DNA of 64,000 nucleotides from Candidatus Moraniibacteriota bacterium (GCA_028695135.1 JAQVJM010000003.1:2571-66570); one strand, 5' to 3'. Shown: positions 53,319 through 62,325, counted from the first letter of the stretch. A program made the numbers and translations. The notes: a model not told the origin generated them from the letters alone.

Positions 53319-54113
53319 ATGGTAAAAAATCATTACAAAAAATACAGAAAAAAATCCAATATTCTTTTGACCTGCGAGCACGCTTCCAAAAGGATTCCGA
53401 GAGAATTCAAGAGATTGGGGCTAAAAAGAAAAGAATTGGAGAATTCTAAAGACTGGTATGATCCAGGCGCTTTTGAAGTTATGAAGTTTTTGGCGGAAAA
53501 ACTGAAGACCAGCTGTATATATTCCGATGTCTCCAGATTGGTTATCGATTACAACAGGAGGCTTAACGGAAAAAATAAAAATAAGGACAAATTCCATTCT
53601 TGTCCGATGAAGTACGAACTTTTGGTCGGAAAAAACGGAAAAGACGATATTGTAAAAATTCCCGGAAATAATTTTTCGACTGAAAAAAAATTTTTGGCAG
53701 AAGAGAAAAAAAGATTCAAAAAATATGTAGTTCCATATAGAAAGGACGGATATTTAATGATAGACAGGATTAAAAATGTTCATAAAATGGCGTATGTTAT
53801 CCTGATCCATTCTTTCTATCCTTTTTACAATGGCGACAAGAGGAATGTGGACATAGGCGTTTTGCATTTTAGCAAGCAGACTTTTTCCGAAAGAGTCATA
53901 AAAAGTTTAAAAAAGAACACAAAATTCAAAATAGGAAATAATAAGCCATGGAAGCTCAGCGATGCCGATGGATCTATATTCCACAGGGTTGAGGATATGA
54001 AGAATGCGGAGCTCCTGGTTTTTGACATAAACAATAAAAATCTGATAAATAAGAAAGATATCAAAAAAATATCCGTTGCCATAGCCGAAGCGTTGAAAGA
54101 AAATATTTTTTAA
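53319..54113 (+). CDS. N-formylglutamate amidohydrolase family protein
   Basis: LTCEHAS, D.GA, SRLVIDYNR, IHSF. Confidence 0.82.
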   Translation: MVKNHYKKYRKKSNILLTCEHASKRIPREFKRLGLKRKELENSKDWYDPGAFEVMKFLAEKLKTSCIYSDVSRLVIDYNRRLNGKNKNKDKFHSCPMKYELLVGKNGKDDIVKIPGNNFSTEKKFLAEEKKRFKKYVVPYRKDGYLMIDRIKNVHKMAYVILIHSFYPFYNGDKRNVDIGVLHFSKQTFSERVIKSLKKNTKFKIGNNKPWKLSDADGSIFHRVEDMKNAELLVFDINNKNLINKKDIKKISVAIAEALKENIF

Positions 54114-54164
54114 AAAAACGGCGGTTCCCTTGCGTTTCTTTATTAACCGAGCTATACTATAAGC

Positions 54165-54260
54165 ATGAATAAACAATCCGTAAAAAATAGCATCTTGTTG
54201 CTCAGCCTGCTGCTAGGGCTCCTTAAAGGAGATCGGTTTGTTTTTGTTCGGAAAAAATAG
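54165..54260 (+). CDS. Leader peptide 2 (Leu-rich), 31 aa
   Basis: MNKQSVKNSILLLSLLLGLLKGDRFVFVRKK; TTGCGT-17-TATACT places the predicted TSS at the ATG. Confidence 0.78.
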   Translation: MNKQSVKNSILLLSLLLGLLKGDRFVFVRKK

Positions 54261-54315
54261 TTTAGAGTAAATTCTGAGTAAAAGTAAACTGGTCTCCTCG
54301 CGAAATCAGTTTTTT
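54228..54315 (+). promoter_or_regulatory. Attenuator 2: 26-bp antiterminator 54228-253/54272-297 versus terminator 54286-315
   Basis: ggagatcggtttgtttttgttcggaa pairs fully (with GU) with ttctgagtaaaagtaaactggtctcc; aaactggt...atcagtttttt. Confidence 0.78.
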
Positions 54316-54376
54316 GTTTTTTGAAAATTGAATATTTATCAAATGGAAAAAAGAGGGTAAAAAAAGGAGGGACGAC

Positions 54377-55477
54377 ATGAAGTGCTTGGCAAACGGAGAA
54401 GAAATGTTTAATTACAAAACTCGATTGGGAGAATACAAAATCGGAGCTTTTTTGGGAGAATTCTTGTGGGAAAACGATGAACTTTTCCGGCTTATCGATT
54501 TATGTCAACAAATTTGGAAGGAGATTTTTGTAAAGTCCGGAAAGCCTAATTTTATCGGACTTGTGAGACCGGATCTGGTTCCGGGCTTTTCCAATCCGGA
54601 GGGAAAAAGTCTTGGCAAGCTTGAGGTGAGGGGAATTTATGAGATAAATGTCCATTCGCCAGAGTGTCTAGCCGGTATTTCCGCCCTGGAGCATTTTACT
54701 GGGTTAAAAACTGAAAACGATCCATGCATAGTTTTCTCTGATAAACTGAAAGAGTTTTTTGGCAATTCTCAGATTGCTTTTGTCTGTGGAAACAATCTTC
54801 TTAAAAGGGAGTGGGGAGCTATATTTTTTGCAAAACTCAAAAGCCTAGGGATTAATGTAAGATGGATAAGTCCCGAAGAATCCATGAGAGAAAGCCCAAA
54901 AATCATATTCAGGTGGGGGGACGCGAGAATTGACGGTCCGAGCCATTTTTCTCCGGTTTTTGTAAACTGGCTCAGGACGCAGAAAAAAAGTTTCGTTTTT
55001 AATTCCGTTCCTAACGGAGTCGACTTGGGAGACAAATCTTTTCTTATCAAAACGAACGATGATGATCTTTCCAAAATTTTTGGCATAAATCGTCCTTTGC
55101 GGAGCGAGGAGGATATATGGTGGTCTGTCGATGAAAACGGCAAGCACTCCAATTTTCTCGTAAAGCCCGACAAAGGGGCTTCAGGGGATGATATTTTTTT
55201 CGGAGAAAATATGATTTCCTCCCAATGGATAAGGATTCTCAAGGAAAAACTATCCTCCGGTCGAAAATATTCTCTCTGGGAAGCTAAATGGCTTCCGGAA
55301 GTGATGATCGGGCAAGATTCTTTTTCTATGGATCTAGATCCTGTTTTTTGGGCTGAAAATGATAAACTTTCTTATCTATACTCAATATCAAGAGTGGATA
55401 ACTACTCGCGATACAGATTGAGAAAAACCATCAATGTGGCTCAAGGAGCCGGACTGGCTCTTCATACGGTACAGTAG
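54377..55477 (+). CDS. Circularly permuted ATP-grasp ligase (glutathionylspermidine synthase-like)
   Basis: N-terminal RPD and YEIN, then DK..L and VKP..G.SG.DI..G; AGGAGG SD. Confidence 0.72.
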   Translation: MKCLANGEEMFNYKTRLGEYKIGAFLGEFLWENDELFRLIDLCQQIWKEIFVKSGKPNFIGLVRPDLVPGFSNPEGKSLGKLEVRGIYEINVHSPECLAGISALEHFTGLKTENDPCIVFSDKLKEFFGNSQIAFVCGNNLLKREWGAIFFAKLKSLGINVRWISPEESMRESPKIIFRWGDARIDGPSHFSPVFVNWLRTQKKSFVFNSVPNGVDLGDKSFLIKTNDDDLSKIFGINRPLRSEEDIWWSVDENGKHSNFLVKPDKGASGDDIFFGENMISSQWIRILKEKLSSGRKYSLWEAKWLPEVMIGQDSFSMDLDPVFWAENDKLSYLYSISRVDNYSRYRLRKTINVAQGAGLALHTVQ

Positions 55478-55483
55478 CGCCAA

Positions 55484-55527
55484 GAAGCCCGATTGTGGAA
55501 AACTCCGCAATCGGGCTTGTTTTTTTT
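55484..55527 (+). terminator. Intrinsic terminator
   Basis: aagcccgattgtgga-aaac-tccgcaatcgggctt followed by T-tract. Confidence 0.75.
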
Positions 55528-55550
55528 GTCTTATCGTGTATAATCAAAAT

Positions 55551-55640
55551 ATGCAAAATAAAACTGTAAAAAATCTATATTTCTTTTTCGGATTTTATTT
55601 CTGGATTTTGTCCGGCCAGTTTATTTTTGCTAGGAAATAA
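55551..55640 (+). CDS. Leader peptide 3 (Phe/Tyr/Trp-rich), 29 aa
   Basis: MQNKTVKNLYFFFGFYFWILSGQFIFARK; TATAAT at 55539-44 with ATG 7 nt later. Confidence 0.78.
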   Translation: MQNKTVKNLYFFFGFYFWILSGQFIFARK

Positions 55641-55692
55641 TAGCTGAAGAAATTTCTAGGTAAAGATGAGCTGGCTGGCAGGCCAGTTTTTT
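55612..55692 (+). promoter_or_regulatory. Attenuator 3: antiterminator 55612-638/55652-678 versus terminator 55668-692
   Basis: ccggccagtttatttttgc.. pairs with ..gtaaagatgagctggctgg; gagctggct-ggca-ggccagtttttt. Confidence 0.78.
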
Positions 55693-55803
55693 AGTTCGTT
55701 GAAAATTTAATTAGTAGGCACTAGCGCATATGCGCACGCATATGTGTCGATATATTTGGGGAAAATTGAAAATTAAAGGATAAAAAACCAAGAGAAAAAG
55801 GAG

Positions 55804-57099
55804 ATGGGAATGAGAAGAAAGGTTTATGAGGGCACATGCATCAATCACAAAGGCGGAGTGGGGGAAATCGGATCAATGATAAATCATTCGGTTTTCCAGA
55901 AAGGAACTGTAGGGGACACCCTGATAAATCATGATTTAAAAGATGGCGCTCCGACTTCTGATTCTGTCTTGCAGTTCGATTGCACCGATGAAGATTTGGC
56001 GAGGATGCTCGGATTGTATTCTTATATAATCAGAGCGTTAGTTGTTGGAGGAAAACGGAGCATATTCCAGATATTGGAAGAGCTGAAAGAGGCTTTGTTT
56101 TGGCAGATGGATCACTTCAACCGGATCGGAATTGAATATCCCGAAGAAGTGGTTATTGACGGATGCGACTTCAGTCTCGCGTCCCATCCTGACTTAAAAG
56201 ATGTAAAGCTGTCAACTTTCTTTTTCGGTCCGGAGGCTCAAAAAGTCAGGCCTGATCAGAAAAGGTTCGATGCCGTGCAGTTTTTTAACAATAAAAACAA
56301 TGTCATTCGGCTGGCCAAATCTCTGGGAGTGAGGGTTCCTCCCACCCTTTTATTTTCTTCGGTAGACGAGGTGGGAGATTGCGCGGATTTTGTCTATCCT
56401 TCAACGATAAAAATGGGTAATTCTGTATCAGGGCTGGGTCTTGAGAAGTGTTATTCTAGGGAGCATCTGGAAAAAGTCCTGAGAAGAGTCCCTGTCGGAA
56501 AAGATTTTCAAATGCAGAAGTTCCTTGAGAATCTTGTTCCCTTTTCCATACAATGGTGGGCGGATGAAAGCGGTCCTGTTCCAATCACCGGGACTTGCAA
56601 TTTTATCGAAGGTAATGCGAATCACGCCGGGAATTGGAGCTCTCCAGATATTCCCCATCGAGCCTTGATTAAATTTACTCTGTTGCTTGCGGTCATTGCA
56701 TGGATGATGGGCATTAGGGATTGGTTCAGTTTCGATGTTGGTCTCTATGATAATGGAAGTCCGAATTTTTATCTCTTGGAATGTAATCCTCGCTATACTG
56801 GAGCCGCATATCCGTTTATTGCGGCCTCAAAACTGCTTGGCGGAATTAAAGAGGCAAGAGAGTATTTTTGGGCCAGTAAAACTTACAAATCTTCCATGAA
56901 TTCCATAAATAAACTTGATCTTGGTGAATTGGAATTCGGATTCAAGGGCAATCCCAAATCCGGAAAGAGGGAAGGTTGGATATCTGTCAATCCGGGTCCT
57001 CTCTCTGTCGGCGATGGAAAGATATCTATGATGTATGTCGGCAATCCTGCCAATTACAGGAAGTCGGAGGATAAGCTTAAAAATTTGCTGGATTCTTAG
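55804..57099 (+). CDS. Classical ATP-grasp ligase with N-terminal pre-ATP-grasp region
   Basis: NNK......LGV.VP, YP..IK...VSG.G, QKFL, FDV, LECNPRYTGA; exact start uncertain. Confidence 0.78.
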   Translation: MGMRRKVYEGTCINHKGGVGEIGSMINHSVFQKGTVGDTLINHDLKDGAPTSDSVLQFDCTDEDLARMLGLYSYIIRALVVGGKRSIFQILEELKEALFWQMDHFNRIGIEYPEEVVIDGCDFSLASHPDLKDVKLSTFFFGPEAQKVRPDQKRFDAVQFFNNKNNVIRLAKSLGVRVPPTLLFSSVDEVGDCADFVYPSTIKMGNSVSGLGLEKCYSREHLEKVLRRVPVGKDFQMQKFLENLVPFSIQWWADESGPVPITGTCNFIEGNANHAGNWSSPDIPHRALIKFTLLLAVIAWMMGIRDWFSFDVGLYDNGSPNFYLLECNPRYTGAAYPFIAASKLLGGIKEAREYFWASKTYKSSMNSINKLDLGELEFGFKGNPKSGKREGWISVNPGPLSVGDGKISMMYVGNPANYRKSEDKLKNLLDS

Positions 57100-57114
57100 C
57101 TATAGGAGTAAATA

Positions 57115-57438
57115 ATGAAAGATAAAAATGGAAATAACTTGAGTGCTGATTTACTTGAGTGCTGCTTTAAAAAAGCAGTCGATTCTATTGGAATGATTTG
57201 GGAAATCACCGGTCTTGAAATGAGGCACTGCAGAGCCAGGTTGTCTTATGGGAACCTGCTTAAAGGAGCTCTTTGCTCCGACAATCGAATCGTCATATCT
57301 ATGGCTATACGACCTAACGGCTCAGTGGGTCTTTCGTGCTTAAAAAATTCCCACGAAAAAGTTTCCGGAAAGGAAAATATTTTTGGTGATTTTATCAAAA
57401 ATTTCAGAAGGGCGCTTGCCCAGGAGGATCTGTCATGA
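57115..57438 (+). CDS. Hypothetical 107-aa protein
   Basis: AGGAG SD; follows the ATP-grasp gene closely. Confidence 0.6.
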   Translation: MKDKNGNNLSADLLECCFKKAVDSIGMIWEITGLEMRHCRARLSYGNLLKGALCSDNRIVISMAIRPNGSVGLSCLKNSHEKVSGKENIFGDFIKNFRRALAQEDLS

Positions 57439-57512
57439 AAATAACTTATCTTGTCGGCGGCGAAGGCGAGGGAGATGCCGGCGGCGATATTGGCACAGGA
57501 GACGGATGGTAA
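57435..57512 (+). CDS. 25-aa Gly/acidic peptide, candidate ATP-grasp substrate or carrier
   Basis: MKITYLVGGEGEGDAGGDIGTGDGW; AGGAGG SD; ATGA overlap with upstream stop; terminator follows. Confidence 0.6.
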   Translation: MKITYLVGGEGEGDAGGDIGTGDGW

Positions 57513-57541
57513 ATAGCCCGGATAATTCCGGGAAAACTTAC

Positions 57542-57592
57542 GGGTAGATCGGCAATGTGATTCATTTCACAACCGGTCTGCCCATTTTTTTT
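57542..57592 (+). terminator. Intrinsic terminator closing the ATP-grasp operon
   Basis: gggtagatcgg...ccggtctgccc followed by T-tract. Confidence 0.7.
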
Positions 57593-57600
57593 ATTCTCTC

Positions 57601-57640
57601 ATTATACGGTTCTATTGCAACCGCAATAGAACCGTATAAT
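57601..57640. repeat. Perfect 18-bp inverted repeat
   Basis: attatacggttctattgc-aacc-gcaatagaaccgtataat. Confidence 0.8.
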
Positions 57641-57865
57641 TAAAATATAAAGTAGGCTCTCCGCATGAGTTGCACATCCGTGATTCGCGGATAATCTCAG
57701 TCTCCGCAGATTACTGATCGGCATTATGCTTCTTCTGCTTGCTAATATGAATTTTTTAGGATAGACTGGATATAAAGTGTTAAAAATATGAAATATCGAT
57801 AACTGTTATTCCTGTTTTTGAAAGCAGAGAATGGTGGTTGTTTTTATTTTATTGCTTAAAAAAAT

Positions 57866-58309
57866 ATGAAAGTGATTTTACTTAAAGATGTCAATAAAAC
57901 AGGCAGAGCCGGAGAAGTTGTAAATGTGGCGGACGGATATGCCAGAAATTTTTTATTTCCGCAAGGATTGGCCCAACAGGCGACCGACGCTTCTTTAAAA
58001 AAAATCGAAGAAATAAAGGCTCAGCAAGAAAAGGAAGAAAAAACGAAAATGGAGAAATTTAAAAAAGAGGCTGAAAAGATAAACGGCAAGAAAATAACTA
58101 TTTTAGAAAAAGCCAAGGGCGGGAAACTTTTCGGCTCGGTTGATGACAAGAGGATTGCAGAAGAAGTCAGTAAGCAGTTGGGGGTGAGTGTCGGGTCTGA
58201 AAGTATAAAAACAGGCAAGCCTATAAGAGAAATTGGAGAAAAAGAAATTGAAATTTCCCTTACTGACGAATTAAAAGCAAAATTAACAGTTGAAATTAAG
58301 GAAAATTAA
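57866..58309 (+). CDS. rplI: 50S ribosomal protein L9
   Basis: MKVILLKDV...[23 protein letters not shown]. Confidence 0.97.
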   Translation: MKVILLKDVNKTGRAGEVVNVADGYARNFLFPQGLAQQATDASLKKIEEIKAQQEKEEKTKMEKFKKEAEKINGKKITILEKAKGGKLFGSVDDKRIAEEVSKQLGVSVGSESIKTGKPIREIGEKEIEISLTDELKAKLTVEIKEN

Positions 58310-58454
58310 GCGAAGCCGACTCTCTGATAAGGGATAAATAAAATTTTTTAAATCACAGGTTTGCTAATAATTTTTCAATTTGCGTGGTGGCAATGTTTTA
58401 ACAATTGAAGAGAGAATTCGTATATTTGTAAAATAATTTGTAGTTTTGTAGGTT

Positions 58455-60095
58455 ATGAAAAAAAACAGCGGTAAATATATATTTGTTTTGGGAGGAGTGA
58501 TGAGCGGAATCGGCAAGGGAATCGCCACTTCTTCCGTAGGGGCTATTTTAAAGGCGAGAGGATATAGCATGACAGCCATAAAAATAGATCCTTACGTGAA
58601 TGTAGACGCCGGAACAATGAACCCTACCGAGCATGGAGAAGTTTTTGTTATGGAATGCGGGCTTGAGACTGACCAAGATATGGGAAATTATGAAAGATTT
58701 ATGGAACTAGATCTTCCCGGATCCAACTATATGACTACCGGAAGCGTTTATCAGGAAGTTATTCGGAAAGAAAGAAATTTGGAATATAAGGGCAAATGCG
58801 TTCAAATAATCCCTCATGTAACCGATGAAATTATAAGGACGATAAGAAGCGCTATCGATAAAAATAATGCCGATATAGCTATTACGGAAATAGGCGGAAC
58901 AGCCGGTGATTACGAAAATATGCTCTTCATGGAAGCGGCTAGGCAAATGAAGCTGAAAAATCCCGATGACGTTCTTTTTATAATGATCACCTATCTTCCT
59001 TATCCTCCAAAAGTGGGAGAAATGAAGACCAAGCCTACCCAGCAAGCCGTGAGAGAACTCAACGCCAATGGGATTAATCCGGATATAATCATAGCAAGAA
59101 GCGAGGTCCCCATAGACAAAAAAAGAAAAGAAAAAATAGCTCTTTTTTGCAATGTCGAGGAAGAAGACATAATTTCCGCTCCGGACGTGGAAACAGTCTA
59201 TGAAGTCCCTATAAATTTTGAAAGAGACGATCTTAGCAGAAGAATTCTCAAGAAACTATCTCTTTCTCCCCGAAGAAGCGATATGAAGAAATGGTATGAT
59301 TTGAACGAAAACATAAAAAAATCAAAAAGGGAAGTCAAAATAGGAATTGCCGGAAAATATTTCGGAACAGGAGAGTTCCTTTTGGGGGATTCTTACATTA
59401 GTGTTATTGAGGCCATAAAGCACGCTTGTTATAAGGCTAGAGTCAGGCCGGAGATAGAGTGGCTCAATAGTGAAAACTTCGAAAACAATCCGGACGCGGC
59501 TAGAGGTTTAAAAAATTATGGCGGCATTATCGTTCCCGGAGGATTCGGCTCCAGAGGAATTGAGGGAAAAATAAAAGTTATCGAGCATTGCAGAAAAAAC
59601 AAAATTCCTTTACTGGGACTTTGTTATGGAATGCAGCTTTCGGTAATTGAATTTTCCAGGAACGTTTTGGGGCTCAAAGGCGCCAATACGACTGAAATCG
59701 ATAGGATGACCGAAAATCCGGTTATTGACATAATGCCGGAGCAAAAAAAGAACCTGGAAGACAAAAATTACGGAGCGACGATGAGGCTGGGAGCCTATAC
59801 CGCTTTTCTTAAAAAAGGAACCATTGCTTATAAGGCTTATGGTAAAGGAAAAATTTCAGAAAGGCATAGGCACCGTTGGGAAGTCAATCCCGAGTATATT
59901 GAAAAAATTGAAAAGGGAGGAATGATTTTTTCCGGCAGGTCGGAGGACGGAAGACTGATGGAAATTGTCGAGCTTCCTAAGTCTGTCCACCCATTCTTTG
60001 TCGGTACCCAATTTCATCCGGAATTTAAATCCACTCCTTTAAGTTCACATCCGCTTTTCTTTGAATTTATAAAGTCAGCCAAGAATAAAAAATGA
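58455..60095 (+). CDS. pyrG: CTP synthase
   Basis: GGVMSGIGKG, DPYVNVDAGTM.P.EHGEV, GLCYGMQ, QFHPE. Confidence 0.98.
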   Translation: MKKNSGKYIFVLGGVMSGIGKGIATSSVGAILKARGYSMTAIKIDPYVNVDAGTMNPTEHGEVFVMECGLETDQDMGNYERFMELDLPGSNYMTTGSVYQEVIRKERNLEYKGKCVQIIPHVTDEIIRTIRSAIDKNNADIAITEIGGTAGDYENMLFMEAARQMKLKNPDDVLFIMITYLPYPPKVGEMKTKPTQQAVRELNANGINPDIIIARSEVPIDKKRKEKIALFCNVEEEDIISAPDVETVYEVPINFERDDLSRRILKKLSLSPRRSDMKKWYDLNENIKKSKREVKIGIAGKYFGTGEFLLGDSYISVIEAIKHACYKARVRPEIEWLNSENFENNPDAARGLKNYGGIIVPGGFGSRGIEGKIKVIEHCRKNKIPLLGLCYGMQLSVIEFSRNVLGLKGANTTEIDRMTENPVIDIMPEQKKNLEDKNYGATMRLGAYTAFLKKGTIAYKAYGKGKISERHRHRWEVNPEYIEKIEKGGMIFSGRSEDGRLMEIVELPKSVHPFFVGTQFHPEFKSTPLSSHPLFFEFIKSAKNKK

Positions 60096-60135
60096 CAAAA
60101 TAAAAAACGGGAAGTTTTATTCCCGTTTTTATTTT

Positions 60136-60429
60136 TTATTTATCAGCTTTTTTTTCGGAATCAATACTTACGAATTGTCTTTTTACCACTTTTCCCGTAA
60201 AGTTTTTGACTTTTCTTTTTGTAAATTTGACAATTCCGTCAGTCAGAGCGTAGAGGGTGTCGTTTTCTCCGCGGCCGACATTTTTTCCGGGATGAAATTT
60301 GGTTCCTTTCTGGCGAACGATTATATTTCCAGCCTCGGCTTTTTCACTGCCGAAAATCTTAACGCCCAGTCTTTTGGATATAGAATCTCGGCCAAGCTGG
60401 GTCGATCCGGCGGCTTTACGATGTGCCAT
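60136..60429 (-). CDS. rpmA: 50S ribosomal protein L27
   Basis: MAHRKAAGS...[22 protein letters not shown]. Confidence 0.97.
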   Translation of the reverse strand: MAHRKAAGSTQLGRDSISKRLGVKIFGSEKAEAGNIIVRQKGTKFHPGKNVGRGENDTLYALTDGIVKFTKRKVKNFTGKVVKRQFVSIDSEKKADK

Positions 60430-60527
60430 ATTTTTGTAAATACGATCAACATTCCAGAGAAAAACTGGAAATTGAAAAACAATATATTATAATTATTACA
60501 GAGCCTATTATAGCAAATTTTGAAGCT

Positions 60528-60983
60528 ATGTCAAATAAGAAAATTACCCGCCGGCTGGCGGAAAAAACAAAAGAATTATGGAATGAACACGAAAAGGGGG
60601 TAGTGATTTTTCTCGGATTTTTTTTGGTTGCCGCAATATCTTTTCAACTCGGGATTCTTCAGGGAGAACAGTGGCAACAAGAGCCTTTGGTTATAGAAAA
60701 AGTTCCGGAGGCAACGGCAGTTTCATACGCCGGAGTCTTGGGAGGGAGTGCTAAAAATAATGCTAAGGATAATCCGACTGCGGAGAATTCCTCGGAAGTT
60801 TTATCCGAGTCCGAAGAGGGATCTGTCGAGTGCGTATTTGTGGGGAGCAAGAATTCCGATAAGTATCACAATAAGGCCTGCCGATGGGCTACTCAGATAA
60901 AGGAAGAAAATAGGGTTTGTTTTAAGAGCGAAGAGGACGCCAAAAGCAAGGGGTATCTTCCGGCCGGCTGTTGCATGAAGTGA
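60528..60983 (+). CDS. Membrane-anchored protein with C-terminal Ada-like metal-binding domain
   Basis: TM; FVGSKNS.KYH...C.....I...N...F....A...GY.P..C; ATG 60528 preferred. Confidence 0.75.
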   Translation: MSNKKITRRLAEKTKELWNEHEKGVVIFLGFFLVAAISFQLGILQGEQWQQEPLVIEKVPEATAVSYAGVLGGSAKNNAKDNPTAENSSEVLSESEEGSVECVFVGSKNSDKYHNKACRWATQIKEENRVCFKSEEDAKSKGYLPAGCCMK

Positions 60984-61047
60984 TTTTGTTGGCAAAGGTA
61001 TCTATAAAATGTTATATTTAAAAAGTAATCCGTAAAAAAATAATAAA

Positions 61048-61632
61048 ATGCCTTTTGAAAAGATGATGTCGATGATTTCGATGAACAAAGAAAAAAGCGA
61101 AAAAAGGCCCGAAGACGAATTGGAAAAAATAGATCTGGCAACTTTTAAGCTGAAGGAAAAATACAAGGAATATGGAGATTTCGATAAGTTTATCGATTAT
61201 ATCTCTGGTATGCAAAGGATTTATGTTATGTCGGAGATGGAGAAGTGGGGAGCGGATAAAATGAGGCAGTCTTTCATTGAAGCCGAATCATATCTGATGT
61301 CTCTGGACTCAGGAATAGATGAAGATGTTTTTAAAAAAATAAAAGACGATTTTCTTTCCGCTTATAAAATTTTAGACGGAATAAAATCCGTTGCCTCCGA
61401 ACTGATAAAAGAGCATTCGGATTGTCCCGGATGCGTCGATTTCATAGAATATATGAGAGATTCCTTGATTCTTCTTTCCGACACATCAGGTGGCGTAGTT
61501 ATCGATAAAAATAAAGATCGGATTTTGCGCTCTCGAATGCTACTGATTTCCAATTATAGCGAGGAAGCTGATTTGTCAAAATTGGAGGAGGTTTACAATA
61601 AATTTAAGAGCCTGATAAAAGATAATATCTAA
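61048..61632 (+). CDS. Hypothetical helical protein with CPGC motif
   Basis: 194-aa ORF in operon-like spacing. Confidence 0.55.
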   Translation: MPFEKMMSMISMNKEKSEKRPEDELEKIDLATFKLKEKYKEYGDFDKFIDYISGMQRIYVMSEMEKWGADKMRQSFIEAESYLMSLDSGIDEDVFKKIKDDFLSAYKILDGIKSVASELIKEHSDCPGCVDFIEYMRDSLILLSDTSGGVVIDKNKDRILRSRMLLISNYSEEADLSKLEEVYNKFKSLIKDNI

Positions 61633-61656
61633 TATCTTTATAAGCCGATTTTGGAA

Positions 61657-62325
61657 ATGAGCAGCATAATAGTGGATATAGAAACAGCCGGAATAGATTT
61701 TGAAAGCCTGGATGAAAGATCCCGTGAGTATCTTCTTAAGTATGCCTTGACAGATGCGGAAAAAAGAGAAGCCAAAGAAAGGCTGGGACTTTCTCCGCTT
61801 ACCGGGGAGATTGTCGCCATCGGAATTTTAAATCCCAAAACCAAGAAAGGAGCAGTTTATTATCAAGGAGTAAAAGCGGATAAGGAGAGATTTGAGGAAG
61901 AGGAAATTCATTTTGAATCCGGAAGCGAAGAAGAAATGTTGGAAATTTTTTGGAAAAACATATCAAAATACAAGCAGGTGGTCACTTTCAACGGCCGGAG
62001 TTTCGACGCTCCTTATATCCATTTGCGAAGCGCCATAAATAAAGTCAAACCGAGCAGGAATTTGATGCCTTATCGTTATGATTACAGAACGCACTGCGAT
62101 CTGCTGGAGCAGCTGACTTTTTACGGAGCGACCAGGAGATTTACGCTTGATTTTTATCTGAAAAGATTCGGAATAAAAAGCTCCAAAGAAAACGGAGTGG
62201 AAGGATCTCAAATAACACAGATGTTTCGCGAAGGAAAAACAAAGGAGATCGCCCGTTACTGCGCCAAAGACGTGAAAGCTACTGCGGAACTTTTCAAATA
62301 CTGGGAAGATTATCTTAAATTTTAA
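61657..62325 (+). CDS. Stand-alone DEDDy 3'-5' exonuclease (PolB-exo/RNase H-like)
   Basis: DIET, TFNG..FD, H.DL, YC..DV. Confidence 0.85.
   Translation: MSSIIVDIETAGIDFESLDERSREYLLKYALTDAEKREAKERLGLSPLTGEIVAIGILNPKTKKGAVYYQGVKADKERFEEEEIHFESGSEEEMLEIFWKNISKYKQVVTFNGRSFDAPYIHLRSAINKVKPSRNLMPYRYDYRTHCDLLEQLTFYGATRRFTLDFYLKRFGIKSSKENGVEGSQITQMFREGKTKEIARYCAKDVKATAELFKYWEDYLKF

Noticed and set aside
53267-53449. 60-aa ORF
   Set aside because: Out-of-frame overlap with the amidohydrolase gene
55434-55550. Upstream extension of leader peptide 3 in the ORF track (68 aa)
   Set aside because: Spans the preceding stop codon, terminator and promoter; ATG 55551 matches the paralogous leaders
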